NCBI GenBank assembly: GCA_034002405.1
Contig: JAVFAS010000005.1
Location: 2,092 to 66,091, forward strand
DNA length: 64,000 bases
Direction of reading: 5' to 3'
Source of the DNA: Bacteroidota bacterium
Lineage (GTDB): Bacteria > Bacteroidota > Ignavibacteria > SZUA-365
Within the stretch, counting starts at the first letter, position 1. The number at the start of each line of letters is the position of its first letter. Positions 37,701 to 48,559 of the stretch are shown here, in pieces. A model generated the notes under the pieces. It was not told the origin of the DNA, did not search any database, and saw only the letters and a list, made by a program, of their open reading frames with translations. The position numbers and the translations under genes were made by a program.

Positions 37701-38470
37701 CCGCCTCCGGTAAAACCATCTCCTCCATCCGCGCCGCTTCCGCTCCAGTCGCAGAAATTCCCGCCACCGCCGCCGCCGCCCGGACCGCCGTGTTTTGCAT
37801 TCGCATCAACCGAAACCTGCGTGTTGTTCCCGGTCCGTACCGGACCTTTCGAAAGGATGACCACCGGGAGAAAACCTTGATTTCCCGGTGTGGCCGGGTC
37901 GCAATCCGCCGTCGAAATGTCGTAGCTGTCGCCGAGCAGCGCGAGACTGTCGATGATGATTGCCCCGCGCGGAGACCGCAGCGCCCACACTCCCCCGCTC
38001 CCGATCGTGCCGCCGGCATTCGTGACTATCGCCGGTTGGGGACGCACGATGTAGAACGTGACCGAGTTTTGTGTCACGCCGTTGTATCGCACCTGCAGCG
38101 GAATGATGAATTCGGGCGCGATGCCCTGCCAGCTGTCGCTGTTGGGCTGCTGATCAGGATGCACGAAGATCTGCGTCGAAATCATACGACCATTCCAGGA
38201 CACCACGAGCGGACCGATGCCGATTTTTGTGGTGTCCGCCGCGTTGACGCATTCAACACGGACCGCATCACCGGGATTGTTCATATAGAAACCATCCGGA
38301 CCGTAATTTCCGATTTGGTCGTGCGGCCCCAGGATTTCAACATACGTGTTCATCCCCGGAGTCCCGAGGTCCGGGATCATGTAGGAAATGGCCTGGGCAC
38401 GAACATCCATCGAAGGAATGAGCAATGCCGCCAGCAGTATCCACTCCGCGATTCGTCGGGCTTGTTTCAT
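34781..38470 (-). CDS. large secreted T9SS cargo protein with Gly-rich region and multiple Ig-like (ASH/CARDB-like) domains
   Basis: Signal peptide MKQARRIAEWILLAALLIPSMDVRAQA. There is a ~230-aa Gly/Ser/Asp/Asn-rich tract (GGPGGGGGGGNF...GGSGGASGNPQ). Several N/T-x-G-based Ig-like repeats follow (IENTGTVPLTF, IIRNDGEVDYTV, VRVTNSGSTAVTI). The C-terminal sorting domain is RPNPFNPATTLEFVL...LPSGVYLAVLQTPTIVRHQRMLLMK. Confidence 0.75.
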   Translation of the reverse strand: MKQARRIAEWILLAALLIPSMDVRAQAISYMIPDLGTPGMNTYVEILGPHDQIGNYGPDGFYMNNPGDAVRVECVNAADTTKIGIGPLVVSWNGRMISTQIFVHPDQQPNSDSWQGIAPEFIIPLQVRYNGVTQNSVTFYIVRPQPAIVTNAGGTIGSGGVWALRSPRGAIIIDSLALLGDSYDISTADCDPATPGNQGFLPVVILSKGPVRTGNNTQVSVDANAKHGGPGGGGGGGNFCDWSGSGADGGDGFTGGGRGGRNRAGNPFGSDEYRNPGAGSGTFIGNTGGSLNGVPGGDAPAYEASAGGTGHPFGSSGNGCGDGGGCNPPGGHGGGSGQQQQQAGGAGGYATAGTSSQNGNGGQPHGNESVIPLAGGSGGASGNPQLAFSCSGDGGGGGGALRLFAPRLEGQLFTSNGAGGSDGASGDGGSGSGGAVSLESKLASGIWKIRAEGGIGVGPRGGAGRIRMDGPMMWFSNAIPTEETMFHGPSTDTTTFVRRQFTISGTGNGADIQLYLKSDRMPWTSLGTVRGYSDSWTFDIDLPAEDNVYYFVALQQVSTPSSDPYVASPVFVMSQAAANIFISRTTPELLAENARQLPGLVCDDNALDTLSVSNVGDGLLYITNARFASTRGFVLVEPTAFPISIDPGMRHDFIVRFTRQGSERGRIVDTLLLESNTPAPGPFSIAYAIDVDVAEMRVSTASIAFPDVILCESDFADATFDIENTGTVPLTFAIPVIDNPAFVIQSPAPSLWPRTVPPGATLTVGLRVTHATSGSLGGTIRLAADEAGCGIEAQVTLSARAMRVDLSVSTLEEFPRLHCFGEFADSTVIIRNDGEVDYTVTQITSQDPSFLLLSPVPPVFLAAGAQLEAHVRFAPSAPGTHAGNLRIAIDRCGMTHDLLLRGTRDSVGLTVAAADFGLQRAEDLPVVRMVRVTNSGSTAVTISSATDIPPFRVIGGLPVNLTPGSSVDLRVQFDDPGIDEEFDVSMPLDHGPSCSPQFLRVHGIRGSAVVELVVDTLSAEPGEQIEIPLRLRNGRNIALFGATGIRATLRYRSSLLVPLGGEQGSITGNERSIDLTIPLLTDAEDVALRVPMMVTLGDAEYTDLRIENVAAIGGDLTINTQDGRFTLLGICRDGGTRLFDGSVAVQLKPNRPNPFNPATTLEFVLIEAGQTSLRIVDALGREVVTLADGWLEPGTHVRNFNGSGLPSGVYLAVLQTPTIVRHQRMLLMK

Positions 38471-38589
38471 CCGGCACCCCTCATCGGTCAGTCTGGAAAA
38501 ATGAAGAATCAGCTAAGTGTAGAAAATCCGATGCACAGATTCAATATGAAAATGCGGGGCTGCCCGAAGATGAGCGCCATCCGGAAATG

Positions 38590-38618
38590 GAAAGACCGCC
38601 GGTCAGGGCGGTCTTTCA
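38590..38618 (-). terminator. rho-independent terminator downstream of mutB
   Basis: AGACCGCC-GGTCAG-GGCGGTCT hairpin flanked by T-rich sequence, about 20 nt after the mutB stop. Confidence 0.6.
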
Positions 38619-38637
38619 TTCGTCATGTCCATATGGA

Positions 38638-40818
38638 TCAGATGTCCGAATCCTCGTCGAGGAGAATGCGCATCACCTGTTGGGCGGCCCGGGAGATGAT
38701 CGTTCCGGGTCCGAATACGGCGACGGCGCCATGCTGATAGAGGAAATCATAATCCTGAACGGGAATGACACCCCCGACCACCACGAGAATATCGTCGCGG
38801 CCGATCTTCCGCAGTTCCTTGACCAGTGACGGAACCAACGTCTTGTGCCCTGCCGCGAGACTGCTGACACCGATCACATGCACGTCGTTTTCCGCAGCCT
38901 GCCGTGCGGCTTCCTGCGGGGTCTGGAACAACGGCCCGATATCGACATCGAAGCCAAGATCGGCAAAAGCGGTGGAGATGACCTTGGCACCGCGATCGTG
39001 GCCATCCTGTCCGAGCTTGGCGATCATGATGCGAGGACGGCGTCCTTCCTGCTGTGCGAAGCGGTCGGTCATATTCTTCGCCGCGATGAAATCACTGTCC
39101 TCGCCTGCTTCGCTGCTGTAGACGCCGGAGATGGAACGGATCACCGCCTGATGCCGGCCGAACACTTCTTCCATCGCCGCGGACATCTCGCCCAGCGTGG
39201 CGCGTTTCCGCGCGGCATCGACACAGGCTTCGAGCAGGTTTGCATCACCGCGTGCCGCGACGGTGATGGCCCCGAGCGCATCGCGCACCGCGGATTCATC
39301 GCGTTCCGCACGCAGATCCGCCAGTCGTTTCATCTGCGCCGCGAGCACCGCGCTGTTATCAACCTCGAGAATGTCGATCGGATCCTCTTTTTCCAGCCGA
39401 AGCTTGTTGACACCCACGATGGTGTCCTTCCCCGAATCGATCCGCGCCTGCTTGCGCGCCGCGGCTTCCTCGATGCGCATTTTCGGCAGTCCCGTCTCGA
39501 TCGCCTTGGTCATGCCGCCGAGCTCTTCCACTTCCTGAATCAGTTCCCACCCGCGATGGGCCAGTTGATGGGTAAGCGTTTCGACGTAGAACGAACCACC
39601 CCAGGGATCGATCGCACGACAGATGTTGCTTTCGTCCTGAATCAGCAGCTGCGTGTTGCGTGCGATGCGCGCGGAAAAATCCGTCGGCAGCGCGATGGCT
39701 TCGTCCAGGGCATTCGTGTGCAAGGATTGCGTGTGGCCCTGCGCCGACGCCATCGCCTCGATGCAGGTCCGTGCGACATTGTTGAACGGATCCTGTTCGG
39801 TCAGACTCCACCCCGATGTCTGGCTGTGGGTGCGCAGGGACATCGACTTCGGATTTTTTGGATCAAACTGCCGGATCATCTTCGCCCAGAGCATGCGCGC
39901 GGCGCGCATTTTGGCGATCTCCATGAAGAAATTCATTCCGATCGCCCAGAAGAACGAGAGGCGCGGCGCGAAGGCATCGATATCGAGTCCGGCCGCGATC
40001 CCGGCACGGACGTATTCGAGTCCGTCGGCAAGCGTGTAGGCCATTTCGATGTCGGCCGTGGCGCCCGCTTCCTGCATGTGATATCCGGAAATCGAGATCG
40101 AATTGAATTTCGGCATGTTTCGCGCCGTGAATGCGATGATGTCGGAAACGATCCGCATCGACGGTGCCGGTGGATAGATGTAGGTATTGCGGACCATGAA
40201 CTCCTTGAGAATGTCGTTCTGGATGGTCCCGCTGAGTTGTTCCATCGCCACCCCCTGCTCCTCGGCCGCGACGATATAGAGCGCCATGATCGGAAGCACG
40301 GCGCCATTCATGGTCATCGATACCGACATCTTGTCGAGCGGGATGCGGTCAAAAAGGATTCGCATGTCCAGAATAGAATCAATCGCCACGCCGGCTTTCC
40401 CCACATCGCCGACTACTCTGGGATTGTCCGAATCATAGCCACGATGGGTGGCGAGATCGAACGCGATGCTCAAACCCTTTTGTCCCGCCGCGAGATTGCG
40501 GCGATAAAAGGCGTTCGACTCCTCGGCGGTGGAAAATCCCGCGTACTGTCGCACGGTCCAGGGTCGCGTGACATACATGCTGCTGTATGGTCCGCGCAGG
40601 AACGGTGGCATGCCGGCGACGAAATCAAGATGTTCGAGACCGGCAAGATCCTCCCGCGTGTAGAGAGGACGAACGGGAATCTGTTCGGGAGTCTGCCAGA
40701 TCAGCGCGTCGGGGTCTTTTCCCCGCGACTCCGCGAGCGCGATCTTCTTCCACTCTTCCATCGTCGATGCCGGCCATCCAGGCGTATTCCAGGTCCCCTG
40801 CGTAAAATCCGGTTTCAT
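38638..40818 (-). CDS. mutB: methylmalonyl-CoA mutase large (catalytic) subunit
   Basis: The ~727-aa product carries the N-terminal MCM TIM-barrel signatures ([47 protein letters not shown]) and a C-terminal B12-binding domain ([23 protein letters not shown]). Start taken at MKPDFTQ, which gives a 4-nt overlap with mutA. Confidence 0.9.
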   Translation of the reverse strand: MKPDFTQGTWNTPGWPASTMEEWKKIALAESRGKDPDALIWQTPEQIPVRPLYTREDLAGLEHLDFVAGMPPFLRGPYSSMYVTRPWTVRQYAGFSTAEESNAFYRRNLAAGQKGLSIAFDLATHRGYDSDNPRVVGDVGKAGVAIDSILDMRILFDRIPLDKMSVSMTMNGAVLPIMALYIVAAEEQGVAMEQLSGTIQNDILKEFMVRNTYIYPPAPSMRIVSDIIAFTARNMPKFNSISISGYHMQEAGATADIEMAYTLADGLEYVRAGIAAGLDIDAFAPRLSFFWAIGMNFFMEIAKMRAARMLWAKMIRQFDPKNPKSMSLRTHSQTSGWSLTEQDPFNNVARTCIEAMASAQGHTQSLHTNALDEAIALPTDFSARIARNTQLLIQDESNICRAIDPWGGSFYVETLTHQLAHRGWELIQEVEELGGMTKAIETGLPKMRIEEAAARKQARIDSGKDTIVGVNKLRLEKEDPIDILEVDNSAVLAAQMKRLADLRAERDESAVRDALGAITVAARGDANLLEACVDAARKRATLGEMSAAMEEVFGRHQAVIRSISGVYSSEAGEDSDFIAAKNMTDRFAQQEGRRPRIMIAKLGQDGHDRGAKVISTAFADLGFDVDIGPLFQTPQEAARQAAENDVHVIGVSSLAAGHKTLVPSLVKELRKIGRDDILVVVGGVIPVQDYDFLYQHGAVAVFGPGTIISRAAQQVMRILLDEDSDI

Positions 40819-42950
40819 GCTTTCACCTCGCTGGTTTCCGTGATGATGCCGAGACGTCGCAGCACATCCGCGAGTGTCGCGCCCACATCTGATTTCACAT
40901 GGATGAACAAATCGACTCCCGCCTGCGTGAGGATGTCGACGCTTTCCTTCGGATACCCGGCGACGACCACGATCGCGTGACAACCTGCCGCGCGCAGTGC
41001 TTCGAGCATGCCCGGGACCATCACCGGATAGCTCTCATCATCGCTACAGGCAACGATCACGTCGGCATTTGCCGCGATCGCCGCTGCCGCCGCTGCATCG
41101 GGTGTGTCGAATCCGTCATTGTCGATGATCTCCATTCCCGCGGTCCCGAAGAAACCGGAGGAGAACGTCGCGCGCGCGCGACGCCAGAATCCCGGTCCGA
41201 ATGTCGCGAGAAACACACGCGGTCGATGCGCGGCGGCACTCACCGCATCGCGAAGTCGCTCGAAATCCTCCGCCGCGCGAAAGGGTGTGAGGGGTCGCAC
41301 GATCGGAACATCGGCGCCACCGTTGTGGAGCACGTCGTTGACTTCGGCAAGGGTGAGTCCCTCCTGAAGCACGGCTGCCATCGCGGCGACGAGATTGCCG
41401 GTGCCGCTCTCGAACACCGAGCGGAGCGACTGGGAAAGCACGGCGGCGTCACAGGTCCGTGTCGCGAGATGCGTCCGACGCGACTCCTCCACCCGCTCCC
41501 TGACCGCCGCTGCATCGGGAATTCCGTTATTCAGCGGTTTTTCTCCGAGATTCGGATACTGGTTGCTTCCCACGATGACATCGCGGCGACGGGAAATGTT
41601 CGCCCGTTTCTCGGCGGCCGTACGCGCGATGCTGTCCTGAATGAATCCGCTCGATGCCGCGGCGACATATCCACCCCGCGCTTCGATTTCCTGGAACGTT
41701 TCCCAGGCGTGTGCGACGAGGGCGTGTGTCAGCGATTCGACATAGTAGGATCCGGCCGCGGGGTCCGTGACGTGTCCGAGCCGGGATTCCTCGCGGAGAA
41801 TGACCTGCAGATTGCGTGCGATGCGTTTTGAAAAATCGCCTGGCGTGGATGCGATCTCGTCGAAGGGCGCGGTGTACATCGAATCGGTTCCGCCGATCAC
41901 CGCGGCCATGGCTTCGATGGTCGATCGCAGCATGTTGACGTAGGGATCGTACTTCGTCTGATGCCAGAGGGAAGTGCGCGTATACATGCGCATTTTCCGT
42001 GCATCTCCGTCCTTCACGCCGAACGCCGTGGTCACGCGCGACCAAAGCATGCGTGCCGCACGCAGTTTCGCGATTTCCATGAAAAAGCTCATGCCGACCG
42101 GAATATCGAAGCGCATGCGACGCGCGACCGCGTCGGCGGATAATCCCATATCCGTCAACCGGTTCAGATATTCCACGCCGGAGGCCAGCATGCAGGCAAG
42201 TTCCAGTGTCGCGCTGGCACCTGCGTCATGATAACAATCGCCGCACACCGAAATCACGGTGGTCGGCATTGCCCGCTGATCGACGTAACTCACTGCGTCA
42301 TGCATGAGCCGGAAGGTCGTCGAAAGCGAGTACGGCAGGGTGCCCGTGCTGATCAGATGGGCCAGGGGATTGAACGCAACATGTGACAGACTGCGCTCCG
42401 CCACCACGGCCATGGCGAGGAAAACCGGCGACGACAAGCCTGCCTGGATGTCCATGGCAATGCCGGGTTGAATGCGTTCGGATATTCGTTGAAAATCCGG
42501 ATAGTGCTGCACGGCGGTCCCACCCACGCCGACCGTTTTCGCGGAAGCATCACCGCTACCGCGGGCGAGCATCGCCGCATGATCCATGCGAAGCACCGCA
42601 CCATCCTGACCCTGCCGGCGCGCGGACACGATTTCCTCGGCCGCGGCCTCCGGCAGGATCGCACTTGTCGTCTGGGCGATGACCCAGGGATGTGCTGCAT
42701 TGCCGAGTGCACGTGTTCCGCGCACGTACGGCTCGAATCCCGGGAGCGTGTCGATCTGCGGCAGCCCCTCGATATCGTCGCGGAAGTTCATTGGCTCGAC
42801 GGGGAAACCTTCATAAGGGTTCCATATCAGCTTTTCAAAATCGGCGCCTTTCAGATCGGCGGAAACCCGTTCTTTCCATTGTGCTTTTGTCGGTGGAGAA
42901 AACTCTGAAAAGAGCAGGTCTTCTCCTCCTGGCGTTCCAGTGTCATTCAT
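40815..42950 (-). CDS. mutA: methylmalonyl-CoA mutase small subunit
   Basis: 711 aa with the MCM-like fold throughout but lacking the canonical B12 DxHxxG region. It sits immediately upstream of the large subunit and overlaps it, as in characterised mutAB operons. Confidence 0.82.
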   Translation of the reverse strand: MNDTGTPGGEDLLFSEFSPPTKAQWKERVSADLKGADFEKLIWNPYEGFPVEPMNFRDDIEGLPQIDTLPGFEPYVRGTRALGNAAHPWVIAQTTSAILPEAAAEEIVSARRQGQDGAVLRMDHAAMLARGSGDASAKTVGVGGTAVQHYPDFQRISERIQPGIAMDIQAGLSSPVFLAMAVVAERSLSHVAFNPLAHLISTGTLPYSLSTTFRLMHDAVSYVDQRAMPTTVISVCGDCYHDAGASATLELACMLASGVEYLNRLTDMGLSADAVARRMRFDIPVGMSFFMEIAKLRAARMLWSRVTTAFGVKDGDARKMRMYTRTSLWHQTKYDPYVNMLRSTIEAMAAVIGGTDSMYTAPFDEIASTPGDFSKRIARNLQVILREESRLGHVTDPAAGSYYVESLTHALVAHAWETFQEIEARGGYVAAASSGFIQDSIARTAAEKRANISRRRDVIVGSNQYPNLGEKPLNNGIPDAAAVRERVEESRRTHLATRTCDAAVLSQSLRSVFESGTGNLVAAMAAVLQEGLTLAEVNDVLHNGGADVPIVRPLTPFRAAEDFERLRDAVSAAAHRPRVFLATFGPGFWRRARATFSSGFFGTAGMEIIDNDGFDTPDAAAAAAIAANADVIVACSDDESYPVMVPGMLEALRAAGCHAIVVVAGYPKESVDILTQAGVDLFIHVKSDVGATLADVLRRLGIITETSEVKA

Positions 42951-43063
42951 GCGATTCGTCTCTGCATCGTTGAGAAATCGAGGAACGGTATATTCCGCTC
43001 CCGCGAAAGAGATGTGACAAAATTATCGATTTCCGGGCAGAAAAAAAACGTGATTGTCCTGAA

Positions 43064-43858
43064 TTACGCGAGGTGCACCTTGGTCACGCGAAGATCGGGG
43101 CGTCCGAGAAAAATCTGACCGAGTTCCTGGAATTTTTGCGGGACGTCGGAGACGAAGAATTCATAGCGGGGCTGGTCGGTCGAGGGGTTGAGCATGTCCT
43201 GTTCCCGGAGGAGGTGTTCGACCTGCCGCGCCGCGGCTTCCCCCGAGTCGATGAGCGTTACGTCCGCCCCGACCGCATGCTGGATAACGTCTCGCAGGAT
43301 GGGATAATGCGTGCATCCGAGAATGAGGGTGTCGATGTTCCGATCGCGAAGATCAAGGAGGTATTCATCAGCCACCATCTGCGCGACGGGATGGGTGTTC
43401 CACCCTTCCTCCGCAAGGGGAACGAAGAGAGGACACGCGCGCGCGGTCACATGAACGGATCCGTCCTGGCGGTGCAGCGCGTTGCGGTAACTTTCGCTGG
43501 CGATGGTCGCAAGCGTTCCGATCACACCGATATTCCCGTGGGATGTGGCATGAATGGCGGCGTCCACTCCCGGATCGATCATGCCGACGATGGGGATGTC
43601 GAAGTGGGCCCGGAGATCGTCAATGGCAATGGCGGAGACCGTGTTGCATGCCGCGACAATCAGCTTTACTCCCTGTGTCATCAGAAACGCCGTATCCTCG
43701 AACGCATATTCGCGGACAACCTCGGCTGATTTCGAGCCGTAGGGCACGCGGGCCGTGTCTCCGAAATACGTGATGTTCTCGTTCGGAAGATGGCGCATCA
43801 AGGCGTGCACGACGGTCAATCCGCCGATGCCGGAATCAAACACGCCGATGCTTTTCAT
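43064..43858 (-). CDS. murI: glutamate racemase
   Basis: IGVFDSGIGGLTV, the catalytic FGDTARVPYG and the LILGCTHYP motifs are diagnostic. Confidence 0.88.
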   Translation of the reverse strand: MKSIGVFDSGIGGLTVVHALMRHLPNENITYFGDTARVPYGSKSAEVVREYAFEDTAFLMTQGVKLIVAACNTVSAIAIDDLRAHFDIPIVGMIDPGVDAAIHATSHGNIGVIGTLATIASESYRNALHRQDGSVHVTARACPLFVPLAEEGWNTHPVAQMVADEYLLDLRDRNIDTLILGCTHYPILRDVIQHAVGADVTLIDSGEAAARQVEHLLREQDMLNPSTDQPRYEFFVSDVPQKFQELGQIFLGRPDLRVTKVHLA

Positions 43859-43891
43859 TTTTGCCGCGATGTTCGAACTCGGGGACATCGA

Positions 43892-46294
43892 TTACTCTGC
43901 CAGTGCCTGGATTTTTTCAAGAAGACGGAGACGGAGCTGTTCGCGACGCGTGGAATCCGTGAATGCGCCGCCACTCTCGTCAACGACATAAAAGGAATCA
44001 ACGACGCCGTCGACGCGCGTCGCAATTTTGGCAAATGCGACATTCAATCCAAACAAGGACAGTTCCGCGGAAAGCACATACAACAAACCGAACGTATCGG
44101 GTGCGTACACGTCGACGATGGTCTGTTCCGCACCGGAAGCGGTATGATGCGGATGATATACGACATCGGTTGGAATGTGCGTTGTCGGGAGCTTTCTCAG
44201 CTTCCGAATCCATTTCCGTCGATAGCGGTCGAAGATGGCACCGGCCTCGAGTTCGCCCGCGCAGACCGCACGTATCATGTTTCGAAGCAAGGAACACTGT
44301 TCCTCCCGGAGATGGCCGTCGGTGATGATATCCACGACGCGAAAGGTGTCGATCACGACATCGTGCCGTGTCTCGATGGAAGCATCGACGATGCTACAAT
44401 CGGCCCCGAACAGTGCGGCGGCGAATTGCGAAAGAAGTAGCGGGCGGTCAAGACAGAAAATGGTGACTTCACTGAATGCCCGATGATGCCGCATGTCCAT
44501 GCGAACCAATTCTCCATCGATCACATCCTGGACAGCCGCGCTGAAATCGCGTCCGTCCGTCGTGAACAACGTGTCGCTGCTGTCCGCCCTTTCCCGGATG
44601 GATACGGAAGCACCATCCGTCGTGGACTCGGTCGAGAGCATGCGCGTGGCAACCTCGTGGAGTTCCCTGAGAAGTTCCCGCTTCCAATCGGTCAAGACAC
44701 CGGGATTCAACGCGGCCATGTCGGCGAGTGTGAGCAGATAGAGCAGATCGAGCCGCTGTACCGACTGCACGACCGCGAGAAACGGCTGCAGGGATGTAAT
44801 CTCCCGGAAATTGCGTCGGAAGGCGAGTTGCTCCATTCTCAAGTGCTCGCGGACAAGAAAGGAAACCGTGTCGATGATGTCGTGCCGTCCATAACGCCGA
44901 AGGATCGTCGGAACAAGATCAGCGCCAATCTGTTCGTGATGCGCAAGATCGATGGGCTTGGCGATGTCGTGCAGAAGTATTGCGTAATACAACACGGATT
45001 TATCTGGTATTTGATCCAGTAGTCGCGCGATTGCCGCATCGTCCCGCAGCCGGGTTTCCGTGGCATGGATGGCGCGGAGTGTATGTTCGTCGGCGGTAAA
45101 GAAATGGTAGACGTTATGCTGGAAAAAATGCTCGAGTGCCGCGAACTCCGGAAGAACGGCCGAGAGTACTCCATGTTCGTGCATGAACATCAAGGTCGCT
45201 GCGATGGAGGTGCCGGTGCGCAGGAGGTCGTCGAAACGACGCATGGTTTCCGCGCGGAAGGTTTTCCCTCGAAACGCATCCATGGCACGGATCAGGGCAG
45301 CGGATGGCTGTCGTTGCCCTGTCGCCATGGCAAGAAACACCTCCATGACATCCTGTTCATCGAGCGGCAATGCATGATCCGTTTCAGGTTCATGCGGGCG
45401 ATTCCCGTGAGAAGAGGATGACTGTCGCGCATCGTGAAATGCGAGTTGAACGGAGACGTGAACGGCCCTGGCGTGGGCGTAGTACGCACGCATGAAGCGC
45501 TCGACGGTTTTTTTCTCATCATGCGAACGCATGCCCAGCGATGTCGCCACGCTGCGTTGCAACTCGAAGTCCAACGAGTCGTGGAGATGTCCGCTGTGGC
45601 GATGCATCTCGGCACGCACGGACAGGAAAAACCCATAGGCATCGATCAATGCGTGTCTCCGTGCCTGGCTTAGATCCATCGTGGAAAGAATTTCCCGAAT
45701 GTCAGGCAGGGGTTCGGTTCCCAACGGCCTGGAGGCGATCACGTCGAGCAAACCGATATAGTAGATTCCATGGATATCGCGCAGCGTTCCCGCACTGTTC
45801 TTGATATTCGGTTCAAGCAGGGATACCGCCGATCCATACTGCCGATGTCTCTCCCGCGTGAGCAATTCCAATCCTGCGAGAATGTGTTCTCTCCGTTTCT
45901 TCACCGTCACCTTCATTCCCTCTCGGAATGCGCGATACGTGACGGTATGACCCGCGATGTACCGTGCATCCATCTGGGCGACCCATGAACGGATGTCCGT
46001 ATCGATCATCGCGGATACATCGTCGAGCGAGCGTACCCCCACGCTCACATGCTCGATGCCACTGCTCAGCGCGGCGGTGATCCGCGCATCGAATGATTCC
46101 TGGTCGTCTGATACGTTCTTCCCGGTATGATTTTCATGATCGTCATCCGGACTTCCCTGAAGAACAAGCAAATCCAGATCAGAAAAATCTGTCTGTCCGG
46201 CACGCGCCACACTTCCGGTCACGCAGAGACAGTATCCGCGTGCCGTCCAACGATCCTCCCACATTTCTTTCGCTTGTCGAACGCGATCACTCAT
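43892..46294 (-). CDS. glnD: bifunctional [protein-PII] uridylyltransferase / uridylyl-removing enzyme
   Basis: N-terminal nucleotidyltransferase (GSVARAGQTDFSDLDLLVL), a central HD domain (YYAILLHDIAKP), and C-terminal ACT-like domains. About 800 aa. Confidence 0.85.
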   Translation of the reverse strand: MSDRVRQAKEMWEDRWTARGYCLCVTGSVARAGQTDFSDLDLLVLQGSPDDDHENHTGKNVSDDQESFDARITAALSSGIEHVSVGVRSLDDVSAMIDTDIRSWVAQMDARYIAGHTVTYRAFREGMKVTVKKRREHILAGLELLTRERHRQYGSAVSLLEPNIKNSAGTLRDIHGIYYIGLLDVIASRPLGTEPLPDIREILSTMDLSQARRHALIDAYGFFLSVRAEMHRHSGHLHDSLDFELQRSVATSLGMRSHDEKKTVERFMRAYYAHARAVHVSVQLAFHDARQSSSSHGNRPHEPETDHALPLDEQDVMEVFLAMATGQRQPSAALIRAMDAFRGKTFRAETMRRFDDLLRTGTSIAATLMFMHEHGVLSAVLPEFAALEHFFQHNVYHFFTADEHTLRAIHATETRLRDDAAIARLLDQIPDKSVLYYAILLHDIAKPIDLAHHEQIGADLVPTILRRYGRHDIIDTVSFLVREHLRMEQLAFRRNFREITSLQPFLAVVQSVQRLDLLYLLTLADMAALNPGVLTDWKRELLRELHEVATRMLSTESTTDGASVSIRERADSSDTLFTTDGRDFSAAVQDVIDGELVRMDMRHHRAFSEVTIFCLDRPLLLSQFAAALFGADCSIVDASIETRHDVVIDTFRVVDIITDGHLREEQCSLLRNMIRAVCAGELEAGAIFDRYRRKWIRKLRKLPTTHIPTDVVYHPHHTASGAEQTIVDVYAPDTFGLLYVLSAELSLFGLNVAFAKIATRVDGVVDSFYVVDESGGAFTDSTRREQLRLRLLEKIQALAE

Positions 46295-46379
46295 GATGGT
46301 GTCCTCCCCGCTCCGAATGCACCGTATTGTATTATGAACATCTTTTTCTAAAAATAAGAACAATGATTGTTATTGGAAC

Positions 46380-46598
46380 GGTGGATAAGTGGATAACGGA
46401 AGGAACTCGCGGCGCAGGTGTTGATTTTCAAACAGATAGTATCGAGCTCATTCATCCATCACTTCAAGTTGACGGTGCGTGGAAAATTGGTGGACGAGAG
46501 GATGTGTTCGAAGTGTGCACGGTCACCTTCAACGAAAAAGGGCGGTCATGCACATTGTGCCGACCGCCCTGACCGTTTGTACACGGGTCTTATCCACA
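46380..46598. promoter_or_regulatory. DnaA-box cluster plus AT-rich tract (candidate oriC, dnaA-downstream part)
   Basis: TGGATAA repeats at 46381-46397 (GTGGATAAGTGGATAAC) and a perfect TTATCCACA at 46590-46598. A 50-nt AT-rich stretch at 46324-46376 could be the DNA-unwinding element. Confidence 0.55.
46534..46568 (-). terminator. rho-independent terminator downstream of dnaA
   Basis: GGGCGGTC...GACCGCCC gives an 8-bp GC stem. On the coding (minus) strand it is followed by TTTTT. Lies 55 nt after the dnaA stop. Confidence 0.7.
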
Positions 46599-46621
46599 CT
46601 CGTGGATGGGAGCCATTCCCG

Positions 46622-48055
46622 CTACCGGGAAATGTAGGAAAGCTGTTTCCGCAACTGTTCGATGCGATCGCGCAGCGACCGGTCGCTTTCCATGGCCGAC
46701 TCGATGGTTTTGCATGCATGGATGATGGTACTGTGATCTCGTCCACCAAAATGAAGTCCGATGGTTTTCAAGGATGCGCGCGTGAGATCCTTGGCGAGGT
46801 ACATGGCGATCTGCCGGGGAAAGACCACTTCCTGCTTTCGTGATTTCGCCCGGAGTGCGTTCTCCGGAAGCTTGAAATAATCCGCGACGATCTTCTGAAT
46901 TTGTTCGACCGTGATGTCTTTTTTCTCGGAAGAAATGACATGCCGGAGCACCCGCTCCGCCAGCGTGACATCGAGAGGTTGCTGCTCGAGAGTATGGCGC
47001 GCGATGAGCCCGATGTAACAGCCTTCGAGTTCGCGGATATTTGATTTGACATTCGAGGCGATGAATTCAATCACGTCCTGCGGCAGGTCGATATGGTCAC
47101 TTTCCGCTTTCTTTCGGAGGATGGCGATGCGTGTCTCGAGATCCGGGGGTTGCACGTCGACGGTGAGTCCGCATTGGAAGCGTGAAATCAGTCGCTCGTC
47201 AAGTCCGACCAGATCCTTCGGTGCCCGATCGGACGAAAGAATGATCTGTTTCTTGAGCTGATGCAGGGTGTTGAAGGTGTGGAAGAATGTGTCCTGGGTT
47301 CGTTCCTTGCCGGAGAAAAACTGGATGTCGTCGACGATCAACACATCCATGTTTCGATAGAAATTCGAGAATTCGATGGTGTTGTTCCGCTCGATTGCCT
47401 CGACGAAGTCGATGGTGAATTTCTCGCTGCTCACGTAATACACACGCTTGCCGGGATTGTTCATCGACACATGGTTGCCGATGGCTTGAATCAGATGGGT
47501 TTTCCCCAGACCAACACCACCGTAGAGCACCAGGGGATTGAAAGCCGTCTCTCCCGCATTGTTCGCCACATTCAACGCGGCGGCGCGGGCGAACTGATTG
47601 CCGTCACCGCGGATGAAGCTGTCGAAGGTGAATTTGGGATTGATATTGGTCACGAAGGGTTCACGCACGTACACCGGTGTCGTGGTACCCGCGCCTTGCG
47701 ACGTGGCGGCTGCAGGGGTAGAACCAGACGGATAGGGGTTTCTCTCCACCGCGAACGGAAGCTGTTCCTGCTTCGGCAGCTTGACGGCGTATTGCAGCGC
47801 CGCATTCTCTCCGAGGATTTCCCTGAGGGCCTGCTGGATCATCGAGAAATAGTGTTCCTCGATCCACTCATAGAAGTACGAACTCGGCACCTCCACGGTC
47901 AGAAGCGCATCGTCGAGCGAGGCGGGGAGGATGGGTTCGAACCATGTGCTGAACGTCAGCGGTTTGATCTGAGGACGAATCAGTTCGAGGCATTCCTTCC
48001 AGACGGACGACGCGCTCTTCCCGGTTTCAACATTCATTGCGTTTGAGTTATTCAC
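46622..48055 (-). CDS. dnaA: chromosomal replication initiator protein DnaA
   Basis: AAA+ Walker A LYGGVGLGKTHLIQAIGN, the box VII/sensor motifs, and the C-terminal DNA-binding domain (VVFPRQIAMYLAKDLTRASLKTIGLHFGGRDHSTIIHA). The start appears to be GTG, overlapping a TTATTCACA box. Confidence 0.93.
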   Translation of the reverse strand: MNNSNAMNVETGKSASSVWKECLELIRPQIKPLTFSTWFEPILPASLDDALLTVEVPSSYFYEWIEEHYFSMIQQALREILGENAALQYAVKLPKQEQLPFAVERNPYPSGSTPAAATSQGAGTTTPVYVREPFVTNINPKFTFDSFIRGDGNQFARAAALNVANNAGETAFNPLVLYGGVGLGKTHLIQAIGNHVSMNNPGKRVYYVSSEKFTIDFVEAIERNNTIEFSNFYRNMDVLIVDDIQFFSGKERTQDTFFHTFNTLHQLKKQIILSSDRAPKDLVGLDERLISRFQCGLTVDVQPPDLETRIAILRKKAESDHIDLPQDVIEFIASNVKSNIRELEGCYIGLIARHTLEQQPLDVTLAERVLRHVISSEKKDITVEQIQKIVADYFKLPENALRAKSRKQEVVFPRQIAMYLAKDLTRASLKTIGLHFGGRDHSTIIHACKTIESAMESDRSLRDRIEQLRKQLSYISR

Positions 48056-48284
48056 AAGATTTCGGAATTCATGGTGTGTGGCCTCGCGGGGCGGATCACC
48101 CGCGTTCAGCGCGAGCGTCGCCCGAGGATTCGGACGAGATCGTCGATAAATCCTTTAAATGGAATAGGTTGGAAGAATTGCGCCGCTCCGTTTCGTTCGA
48201 GAGCTGTGCGGAACGCCCTTGACTTCGTGTGACTCACCATCAGGCAAGGCTGGTTGACGCAGGTTATCCACAACTTATTCACAA
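48048..48284. promoter_or_regulatory. DnaA-box cluster upstream of dnaA (dnaA promoter / candidate oriC, upstream part)
   Basis: TTATTCACA at 48048-48056 (overlapping the dnaA start), TTATCCACA at 48264-48272, and TTATTCACA at 48276-48284. Weaker matches near 48297 and 48537. Confidence 0.55.
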
Positions 48285-48559
48285 CAACGCGCGCCGTGTG
48301 GACGAAGTGAAGTATAGAGAGCGAAAACGTGATTTTCAACCGCGAAAAAGTGCGGTGATCACTTGACTTTTTCAAAGTGTACGTCCCGCAATGACTTATG
48401 ACGAAAAAATTTTTCCAATCTTTTTTCTCAAACGTTTTCCCCGCCACACGCATGGCCGCGGCAGGCCGAAGCGGAGATGTGGACTTCGGCATGACTTGCT
48501 TTTCTAACGTCCCGGCCGTAGTATTCAAGGCAATATTGTCCACGGAATTTTGCGACACC

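Noticed and set aside
36518-40980. Plus-strand ORFs of 739 and 711 aa antisense to the third cargo gene and mutB
   Set aside because: Shadow ORFs. mutB has diagnostic mutase and B12 motifs on the minus strand.
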